From Octopus sinensis (lineage: Eukaryota): a stretch of DNA of 64,000 nucleotides. Positions within the stretch are counted from its first letter, which is position 1. Every line of letters begins with the position of its first letter. Below the pieces are notes generated by a model. The model did not search any database, had not been told where the DNA came from, and was given only the letters and a program-made list of their open reading frames with translations. The stretch is from positions 121,768,001 through 121,832,000 of the forward strand of contig NC_043000.1 in NCBI RefSeq assembly GCF_006345805.1, read 5' to 3'. Below, in pieces: positions 53,771-64,000 of this stretch. The translations under genes and the position numbers were made by a program.

Positions 53771-54231
53771 TATATGTGTGCGTCAGCATTGCTACAAACA
53801 CATGAGTTTTCGGTTTGCGCTTCAACATGTGTGATTGTTTGTTACAGTTCTTATTTACTGTCATCTATTATTATACATTGCGTGTATCCATCTGTTCATT
53901 TTGTCTGGATTAATGACTTGACTAAAGGTCTTTATATTTCAAGAATGACTTCAAATTTTTTAGCAGACATGAATTTACAGTTATGAAGTGGTGAGACAAA
54001 TTCCTGAAACACAAAGAAAACTAGTGGTCGTTTCTAATGTCTATATATATGATTTAGAATATGATTTTTTCTAAATATATTGTGTGTTAAACTATGACAG
54101 GTTCCCAAAAATTAGGTTCAAGTTAGAAGGTAACGTGTGAGTGTGTGTATGTTTCAGTGAACGCGAGTATATATTTCCAAAAAGAAATCCTTATATATAA
54201 GGAGATGTAGGAATACACATATATACATGAA

Positions 54232-54262
<31 letters not shown>

Positions 54263-54265
54263 TTA

Positions 54266-54352
<87 letters not shown>

Positions 54353-54409
54353 CAGAAATATTAAATTTCTAAATATCTCATAGAGATATGTACGGTGGTC
54401 GGGCGATAG

Positions 54410-54549
54410 AGTGGTTGTATACTGTCAACTTAACGTGACAGTAGGGGATTACACCACCGCTGTTTAGCCCTAGGAAGCATCGACGCTTCCTAGGGCTAAA
54501 CAGCGGTGGTGTAATCCCATACTGTCACGTTAAGTTGACAGTATACAAC

Positions 54550-54553
<4 letters not shown>
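54410..54553. repeat. Near-perfect palindrome, 69-bp arms
   Basis: 54410-54478 versus 54485-54553 with one mismatch; centre ATCGAC. Confidence 0.95.
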
Positions 54554-54590
<37 letters not shown>

Positions 54591-54600
<10 letters not shown>

Positions 54601-54878
54601 TTAGAGACAAAACCACTATTTTGCAAAACAAACAAGGAAAGACTTAATCAATACATAAAATTTTAATAAAAAGTAAAAAAAACCGCAAACAATTGTAGTG
54701 GCGGTTTTTTTGACTTTTTATTAAAATTTTATGTATTGATTAAGTCTTTCCTTGTTTGTTTTGCAAAATAGTGGTTTTGTCTCTAATAATATTATATAAT
54801 ATTTTACTATAAAATTGGATTTAATCCTAAATCTGATTTTTTCCCTGTAAGTTTGGATTTATTCCCTAATATTTATTA
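54591..54878. mobile_element. Penelope-like pLTR fragment in inverted (fold-back) configuration, inside (AT)n
   Basis: 54697-54878 matches the leader at 62574-62758 and 58496-58680. 54591-54684 is the reverse complement of 54701-54795. Confidence 0.9.
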
Positions 54879-55246
54879 TATATATATATATATAAGCGCA
54901 TGTGTGATTGTGTGTGTGTGTATGCGCGCGCACGTTTGGGTGCATTCATGTATGTATTCGTATATTTCATTCTATATATGAATATTAGTGTATTTGGGAA
55001 AAAATGATAGTGCACATTTTTCACATAATTATACATATATAGATATATATCTACTACATTTGTGGGAATTCTTTTTCTGTTGGGGTGCTTGCGTGGAGTT
55101 GTTTGCTAACTCCTCCTACAACGTTTTATCGGTTTTGATGAAACTTGACACGCGAGTAGATTCCTCATGGCATATTCAGATTGCTGAAAAATTGATAATA
55201 GGAAGGGGTCCATATATCTATATAGGAAGGAGTCCTTATATATATA

Positions 55247-55293
<47 letters not shown>

Positions 55294-56077
55294 GTTATTT
55301 TAAAAGCCAAGGGAAATATCACACTCGCCATTGGAGGGGATCCTTATATATAAACAAGGGAAATTTGTAAAATGGATATTAAATGTATATGCTATATAGA
55401 CAAAAAAGAAACAAATGAATTGTAAAAATTCTAATACAAAATAAAAATGTTGCATAATATTCACCTGTCAGCTATAAATATGTCATTGTAACTAAAATTC
55501 TTTTCAATATATTTGAAAGTAAAAAACAGAAACTCTAGTATATTAAGCTGATGATATTATGTCGATATATGTATATTTTATAAAAAATAGAATAAGATAA
55601 AATGTCATTCGTACTGTTAAAAGCATAGTCAAACATTCATAGTTCCATAGGTTACTGACTGAAAAAAGTTATACACATGCTTGTGAGATATTGTCATGCA
55701 AAAGGGAAGAGGATGCAGCTGCACATGCATCGCATATTGATAATCCATAACGAGAGGAAATCTGTGAGATTCTGAATAAGCGTATGTGATTCATATGCAC
55801 AAATTAATGAATTGAAACAGAGAATGAACATGAAAGTGGAGTTAACATTCAGGAGAAAATCAACATCATTGGAGGTACAAAAAAGAGTACAACAGATGAA
55901 TATATTATTTTAAAAAGGTATTGTTTAAAACAGACAGACACAGGCTTGTGTATATGTTCCTATATATTTCTATACATACATTGAGAATATTATACGTACG
56001 ATTTCTATTTCTCTCTCTCCCCCTCTTCCTCTCCCTCTGTCTCTCTCTCTCTCTCTCTCTCTTATATATATATATAC

Positions 56078-56122
<45 letters not shown>

Positions 56123-56640
56123 TGTGTGTGTAATCAAAATAAGCAACAAGGATATCCTTGTTGCTTATTTTGATTTTAATCACCTTACTTTGAAATTGTA
56201 TGGATAATACCGTACTAAATGGTGGTGCCTCAACTTAAGTACTACATTCAACTGAATCTATATCTATATATATAAGATCCAAGGATCGAGGTGTAGGAAG
56301 AATGTCAGCTTCAAACATCCTGTAGTAAATATAAAATACAACTTTCAGCGACAATAGTACGAAAAATTGAAAACAACGTTCTTTTTTACATTCACCATAG
56401 AAAACCATGTTTACTGGGTATGCGAATTAAGAATTCATGAGTTAAGGAATGTAGTAGATTAAATCCAGGCTATATATGTTTCATAACAAGCGGAGCTTCG
56501 GAAGAGGTATATATCCAAGTGATGTGTATACTGCAGGCTACTCTTCAGGCCAAGGAATTCTTGATTGCATGACAGATTACATTGTCGCATGGGGGTACAT
56601 GTTAACAGATGGGCGATTCAATCACAACGTACCTCCTTGC

Positions 56641-56815
56641 AACTATGTAAACTTTCATTTAACCAAGAGTAGCCTGAAGCATACACCTCGCTTGGATATT
56701 TGTCACTTCCGATGATCCACTTGTTCTCATAACAAGTGGATCATCGGAAGTGACAAATATCCAAGCGAGGTGTATGCTTCAGGCTACTCTTGGTTAAATG
56801 AAAGTTTACATAGTT
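56641..56815. repeat. Perfect inverted repeat, 85-bp arms with a 5-nt loop
   Basis: 56641-56725 is the exact reverse complement of 56731-56815. Confidence 0.95.
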
Positions 56816-56890
56816 TACACATGTAGCCCGGATCTTATCTACTCCATTCCTTAACTCTTCCATATTATATATATATATATATATATATAT

Positions 56891-57936
56891 GTTGGCATCC
56901 TTTTTTGTCTCGAGAGACAACGGAGTTGCGCATAAAGTAGTCTAGTCCGGCTTTTACATTTCATGTCCTGATACATTTCCTGCTGTGGCTGTGCAGTCCT
57001 GTCCTGGACAAACACTCCCTCTGGCAGGTACCGCAAAAGTAGCGAAGTCTGTTCCTGGCTGGTTGTAATGCCATAGTTTCTTGTTGACGTCTTTTCTTGT
57101 CTTTCCATTTCTCCTCTCTCTCTCTCTGTCACTCCTTTGTATTCCCTCTTTTACGGTACGTCGCCAGTCTCCACGGTTGCCGGCAACTGCCTCCCAACCG
57201 CTAATATTGATGTTGCAGGCCTTCATGTCCCTTTTGCAAACATCCTTGTAATGTAAGAATGGTCTACCCACAGACCTAGTACCCCTAGCAAGCTCTCCGT
57301 AGAGTATGTCCTTGGGGATTCTGCCATCTTTCATACGGCTAACATGCCCAAGCCATCTCATACGTCTTTGTGTGAGGAGTGCAAACATGCTTGGTATTCC
57401 TGCTTGCCTGAGGACATCTTTGTTGGGGATATGATTCTGCCATTTGATGCGGAGGATTTTCCGGAGGCAGCGCAGGTGAAAGATGTTTAGGCGACGCTCT
57501 TGGCGTGTGTATAGCGTCCAAGTCTCACTTCCATACAGTAGAGTGCTAAGTACACATGCCTGGTAGAACTTCATTTTCGTGGTCTTGGTCAGCTTATTGT
57601 TGTCCCAATCCCGTTCGGAGAGTTGGGCCATCGCAGCAGCTGCCTTGCCAATGCGTATATTGAGTTCAACGTCAAGGGATAGGTTGTAGGTGACGGTAGA
57701 GCCCAGATAGGTAAACTTCTCCACCTCTTGTAATCTGTGGTCTACAATATGTATGTTTGGGATGTCCGATGTAGTCTGACCCATGATGTTGGTCTTCTTA
57801 AGGATGATAGCTAAGCCAAAATCAAATCGTTACATGCTTGTTCAAAACAGTTAATGAGCCTTTGGAGGGCTTCTTCTGTGTGTGATAGCAGAGCGGCATC
57901 ATCAGCAAATAGCATCTCCTTGATCAGGACGTTTCT
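56891..57936 (-). mobile_element. RTE-clade (BovB-like) LINE, 5'-truncated, RT C-terminal half
   Basis: LFADD motif at about 57898-57912; ORF 56954-57784 with FTYLGS, LLYGSETWT, RWLGHVSRM, GRP; 3' end abuts (AT)n. Confidence 0.93.
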
Positions 57937-58233
57937 TTCTATTCTCTCCCCTTCTCCTTCCTATCTCTTTTCTTCTCTTTTACTATCTCACCCCTCTCTT
58001 TATTCCCCTCCCTTGTCCCTATGAAACGAAATGAAGCAAAAAGCTGCTGCTGCTATTGCTGCTACCATTACTACTGCTATTACCACTGTCTCTGCTACTG
58101 CTGATAGTGATATTGCTGCTGCTACTACAACTGCTGCTGCTGGTGATGATGATGAATATTAGTGGTTGAAAATAAATATATAAAATAAACGTAGGAAAAA
58201 GAATGAAAAAATCTAATAATATATATATATATA

Positions 58234-58265
<32 letters not shown>

Positions 58266-58356
58266 ATACACACACATATATATATATACACACACACACA
58301 TATATATATTATATATATATATATATATATACACACACATATATATATATATACAT

Positions 58357-58397
<41 letters not shown>

Positions 58398-58495
58398 TAT
58401 ATTTATATAGTGACCACTCTCTTATATTAATAAATATATATATATATATATTATATATATATATATAATATATATAAATATATATATAAATATAT

Positions 58496-61400
58496 TGGCG
58501 GTTTTTTTTGACTATTTATTAAAATTTTATGTATTAATTAAGTCTTTCCTTGTTTGTTTTGCAAAATAGTGGTTTTGTCTCGAATAATATTTTATAATAT
58601 TTTAATATAAAATCGATTTAATCCTAAATCTGATTTTTTCCCTGTAAATTTGGATTTATTCCCTAATATTTATTATTTATATAATATTGATAATTTTGTA
58701 TATTGTGTGTAATACCTCAATCTCGTAAATTATGGATTTTACAGGTAAGATAGAACCGCTGTTTTGGGATTCATCTTTGAAAGATATTCCTATTCCTTCT
58801 AGAAAGGAATTTATTTTGAAACTTGTTAATAACGTTAAAGATTTTATTTCTAGAATTAAATGGAAAGCTTTTTACTATAATTTTTATTTATTTAATGATA
58901 TTGATAGTAGGAATGATAATTTTACCTCTAAATTTAAATCTAGAAAGGAACCTCCATTTAATAAAGAATTACAATTACTTGAAGATAGTATATGGAAGGT
59001 GGTAAAAAATATTGAATTCCATAAATACCCAAATAGAAATAATGAATATTTAAGGAATTTAGCAATTAAAATTAAAGATATGAGAAATATGGATGGTATT
59101 ATAGTACAATCTGATAAAACAAGGAACTTATATAAATTAGATGTTAAATTATATGATAAACTATTAGGGAAAGAAATAATTAAAAAATATAAAATTGTTC
59201 CAGATGATATTCTTTATAATATTAATAAGGCCTCTAAAGTAGTAATGTTAAAATATGAGTTGGATAATAAAACTGAACCTTATGTACCTTTGCACCCCAG
59301 AATTACTCTTAAAGACCATAAAGATAATTTTTATTCAGACCCTAAGTTAGATTAATTTGCCCATGTAAATCGGATCTAGGTAAATTAAGTAAATTTATTT
59401 TAGATAAATATATTGATAAGTTAAATAAACTTAATTATTTAAAATTATGGTTTAGTAATAATAATACATTGAAATGGTTTAATAATATTAAAGATAAAAA
59501 TCGTTATAAATTTATTCAAATAGATATAGATAATTATTATTCTTCTATTAATGAAATTGTGTTTAATAAAGCGCTTATTTTCGCAATGAATAAAGCGGGT
59601 ATGTCACGGGAAGAAGTTAATGTAATTAAAATGGCTAGGAAATCGCTAATTAAATATAAAAATAAATTATGGGCTAGGAATGATACTAGAGATTGTTTTG
59701 ATATACCTATGGGAGCACCAGATTCTGCACAGGCTACTGATTTAGTAGGTATTTTTCTTTTATCTGAACTCCAATTAGAAAATCTTAAGATAGAGGGTGG
59801 TTTATATAGAGACGATCTTCTACTAGTTACAAAAAATTGTACTAATAGGAATCTAGAAGTATATAAGAAAAAACTATATAGTTTCTTTAAAAGATATGGT
59901 TTAAGTATTACTATATATAAGGAGAATTATAATGTTAATTATTTAGATGTTAATTTTAATCTTATTACAGGTAAAACACAACCATATCATAAACTTAATG
60001 AGAACCTTAGATATATAAATGTTAATAGTAATCACCCATTTTCTATTAAAAAATCGTTGATTAATAATATAAGTAAACGTATTTCATTACTCTCTTATGA
60101 TATAGAGATTTTTAATAAACATGCTAATTATTATAATGAGGCCCTTAGAGGGGCAGGTTATAATAGGAATATTAAATTTTATAATATTAGTGATAAAGAT
60201 TTAATTGTTAATTTTCGAGATACTTCTAATAATAATTATAATTTTGTTAGGTTTAGTGGTAAAAATAATAGATATTTTTAAAAAAATAATAAAAATGATA
60301 AAAATATAAATAAGAATAATAATAATAATAATAAATATAATAATAATAATATAAATAAGAATAATATAAATAAAAATAAATTTAATAATTATTATAATAA
60401 TTATATTGATAAATTTAATAATATTAATAATTCCTTAAATGCTGTACATAGATATAATTATGATAATAATTTTAATAAAATAAAGAATAATAAATATATT
60501 TATAATAATGATAATAATAATAAGGTTAATAAGAATAAAATTTGGTTAACAGTTCCTTATGGAGATCAAGTAAAAACGAATATTATTAAAGAGATTTTAG
60601 ATGTTATAGAACTATTTATTAGAGATAATCGTAAATATAGAAACATTTTCTCTTTTAATAATTTTGGAGTTGGTTACTCTACCACTAATAATGTTGGTAA
60701 CATTATTTCTTCATTTAATAAATATAAACTGAATAATTTTTATAAAAAGAAATTATTTGATAATAATATTAATAATGATAAGACTTATATTAATTGTACA
60801 TGTAGAGATAAATCTAATTGTATATTAAATAATAATTGTGATATTAACGATGTAGTGTATAAATGTATAGTTACATTACATGATAATAACTTTAAGAATA
60901 ATAATTACAAAAAAGCGGTTTATATAGGTTCTACTTCCTCAAAAATAAAACTAAGAATCGCACAACATATGAATTCTTTTAAAAATAAAAACTTAATCAA
61001 CTCAACCGGACTTAGTAAGTACATTTGGAGTCTTAAATCACTAAATATTAATTATAGTTTAATTTGGGAAATAATTTGTAAAACTAAATCATATACTATA
61101 GGAGCTAATTGTTGTTATTATGCTCTAATGAGTTTAAAGAAATTTTATTTTATAAGTATGATAATTTACTTAATACTGGCGAGGAGCGCAAAATAAAATG
61201 CAGACATAAGTTACTTTACCTATATAATAAGTTTCATGATAAATAGCAATAATAGTTCCCTTTTAAGTTACTTTAGTTTAGTTTAAATTAGTTTAGATAA
61301 TATATTTTTGGTTATGTTGTCTAGGCTTTAATTATAGTTAGTCTTTATTTATATTTCTTTGTTTTAATTAGTTCATTTTTAATGTATATATTTTGGAGGA

Positions 61401-62573
61401 TATATTTATATGTTTATGGGTGTTATTTAGTGGTGTTTTTATTGAGTTTTGTATGTATGTGTGAATGTTTAAGATCCCTTTGTTTTTTGTTTTTTATTTG
61501 GTATGTTGAATTGAAAGATTTTATTGGGTATTGTCTGTTATAATAAAGTACACACACCCATAACAAATATAGGTACCCACTTCATTCGATGTACCTGGAA
61601 TTGCATGTGAGCCTCGGCATATACACCTAACGGCCACTCCCGCCCCACATGGATAAATAAACACATACATCCCCAAAAATGGGCGTAATCCCATTCACAC
61701 CAATTATATGTATACAATTATACACACTAGAATAATACATAACTAACCAAATATACAGAACATACTAAAAATCACCAACTAACCACTATCACAAATGAAA
61801 CCCACACCCATACAATGACAAAATTCCCCCCTCCATACCCAATTTACACCCACATAGTAATCCCAATATATTCATCCATATATGGACGCAAGTGCGTGAA
61901 GCACATGCACACAATTAATAAGTACAACCCCCTAATACACACTTATATAAATTTGTATTAAGCTCGACATCCACAGTGATAAGATTACACCCACTCACAC
62001 CCAGATGGGTGAATTGCACAACCAGGGAACGCACACATACACGTGTGTGTTTTTTGATTGTGCAATTCGCCCATATGCATGTATGCGGGCGCGATAACAT
62101 TGTTGCATATATCGAGCCTAAATAGCATGCATATGTACATGTGAGGGGTACACGCAAATGACGTGCGCGTGTACCCCCTGCATTTATACCCGTGCGTAAT
62201 ATACACATGGAGACTACCACACAGGTACAAATGTGTATAGTAATGGGAGCCCCATCACTACACTCAATGTATTCTATGCGTATGGGTGTATATATAGTTT
62301 ATTATTATATTATTATTATTTTTTTTTTTGTTTTGTTTTATATTTTATATTTTATATTTTATATTTAATTGTTGATAGGTTTTTTTAGTTTATATATTGT
62401 TTATATATTGTTTATATATGGATTATAGATAGGTTATATATGGATTATATACTTATATTTTTTCATTCATACTTTAATTATTTTAAAATTATTATTTTTA
62501 TATTTTAAAATATTGATTTTTTTAGATTGGAAGTCCACCTGAAGATTGTCGATCAAGACAAGAAACGATTGTA
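58496..62573 (+). mobile_element. Penelope-like retroelement, tandem unit 1 (~4.08 kb)
   Basis: Leader + RT/GIY-YIG ORF + 3' region; the sequence restarts nearly identically at 62574/62575. Confidence 0.92.
58732..61246 (+). CDS. PLE reverse transcriptase + GIY-YIG endonuclease, ~838 aa if three lesions are corrected; Naiad-like
   Basis: RT motifs IQIDIDNYYSSI, IPMGAP, LYRDD, NYLDV; CTCRxxxxCxLxxxC linker; VVY..YIG.T..R..QH; C-terminal C..LC..E..LLN..E..CRH. Lesions: -1 at ~59345, in-frame TAA at 60279, -1 at ~61118. Confidence 0.88.
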
Positions 62574-62577
62574 GTGG
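62535..62577 (+). ncRNA. Minimal type I hammerhead ribozyme in the PLE pLTR
   Basis: CCAC-CTGAAGA-TTGTC(GATCAA)GACAA-GAAAC-GATT-GTA^GTGG: complete canonical core, 4-bp stem I, 5-bp stem II, self-complementary stem III. Confidence 0.88.
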
Positions 62578-64000
62578 CGGTTTTTTTTTGACTATTTATT
62601 AAAATTTTATGTATTAATTAAGTCTTTCCTTGTTTGTTTTGCAAAATAGTGGTTTTGTCTCGAATAATATTTTATAATATTTTAATATAAAATCGATTTA
62701 ATCCTAAATCTGATTTTTTCCCTGTAAATTTGGATTTATTCCCTAATATTTATTATTTATATAATATTGATAATTTTGTATATTGTGTGTAATACCTCAA
62801 TCTCGTAAATTATGGATTTTACAGGTAAGATAGAACCGCTGTTTTGGGATTCATCTTTGAAAGATATTCCTATTCCTTCTAGAAAGGAATTTATTTTGAA
62901 ACTTGTTAATAACGTTAAAGATTTTATTTCTAGAATTAAATGGAAAGCTTTTTACTATAATTTTTATTTATTTAATGATATTGATAGTAGGAATGATAAT
63001 TTTACCTCTAAATTTAAATCTAGAAAGGAACCTCCATTTAATAAAGAATTACAATTACTTGAAGATAGTATATGGAAGGTGGTAAAAAATATTGAATTCC
63101 ATAAATACCCAAATAGAAATAATGAATATTTAAGGAATTTAGCAATTAAAATTAAAGATATGAGAAATATGGATGGTATTATAGTACAATCTGATAAAAC
63201 AAGGAACTTATATAAATTAGATGTTAAATTATATGATAAACTATTAGGGAAAGAAATAATTAAAAAATATAAAATTGTTCCAGATGATATTCTTTATAAT
63301 ATTAATAAGGCCTCTAAAGTAGTAATGTTAAAATATGAGTTGGATAATAAAACTGAACCTTATGTACCTTTGCACCCCAGAATTACTCTTAAAGACCATA
63401 AAGATAATTTTTATTCAGACCCTAAAGTTAGATTAATTTGCCCATGTAAATCGGATCTAGGTAAATTAAGTAAATTTATTTTAGATAAATATATTGATAA
63501 GTTAAATAAACTTAATTATTTAAAATTATGGTTTAGTAATAATAATACATTGAAATGGTTTAATAATATTAAAGATAAAAATCGTTATAAATTTATTCAA
63601 ATAGATATAGATAATTATTATTCTTCTATTAATGAAATTGTGTTTAATAAAGCGCTTATTTTCGCAATGAATAAAGCGGGTATGTCACGGGAAGAAGTTA
63701 ATGTAATTAAAATGGCTAGGAAATCGCTAATTAAATATAAAAATAAATTATGGGCTAGGAATGATACTAGAGATTGTTTTGATATACCTATGGGAGCACC
63801 AGATTCTGCACAGGCTACTGATTTAGTAGGTATTTTTCTTTTATCTGAACTCCAATTAGAAAATCTTAAGATAGAGGGTGGTTTATATAGAGACGATCTT
63901 CTACTAGTTACAAAAAATTGTACTAATAGGAATCTAGAAGTATATAAGAAAAACTATATGGTTTCTTTAAAAGATATGGTTTAAGTATTACTATATATAA
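62574..64000 (+). mobile_element. Penelope-like retroelement, tandem unit 2 (runs off the window); ORF from 62812
   Basis: Nearly identical to unit 1; in frame across the 59345-equivalent site but one A short near 63950. Confidence 0.92.

Noticed and set aside
58732-61246. Selenocysteine recoding, reported for some Naiad elements
   Set aside because: No in-frame TGA was found in the reconstructed ORF; the internal stop is TAA and the conserved cysteines are TGT/TGC.

Overview
AT-rich, microsatellite-dense, repeat-saturated animal genomic DNA. The tRNA-derived SINE types suggest an octopus; this is inferred from recalled repeat sequences, not a database hit. I found no convincing host protein-coding gene. 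Most short ORFs in the track are read-throughs of (AT)n, (AC)n, (TATC)n or SINE sequence. Transposable elements found: three tRNA-derived SINE families (about 20 copies); decayed RTE, CR1-like and R4/Dong-like LINEs; a Ty3/Gypsy pol remnant; Tc1/mariner derivatives; several non-autonomous Helitrons (A|TC...hairpin-CTAG|T); and a degenerate 18S rRNA 5' fragment. Highlights: (1) A near-intact, tandemly repeated Penelope-like element (RT + GIY-YIG, Naiad-like) at 58.5-64 kb. A minimal hammerhead ribozyme at the unit junction has a predicted cut site matching the 5' end of the upstream copy, and its stem-III palindrome is the symmetry axis of a nearby fold-back pLTR fragment. (2) Two other fold-backs carry hammerhead-like motifs with covarying 3:8 core bases (U3-A8, G3-C8). 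(3) A Helitron family carries gag/ORF1-like coding fragments in two places. (4) Helitron copies share 5' and 3' ends in a mosaic pattern. Repeat coordinates are by-eye estimates (a few nt; up to tens of nt for decayed elements).
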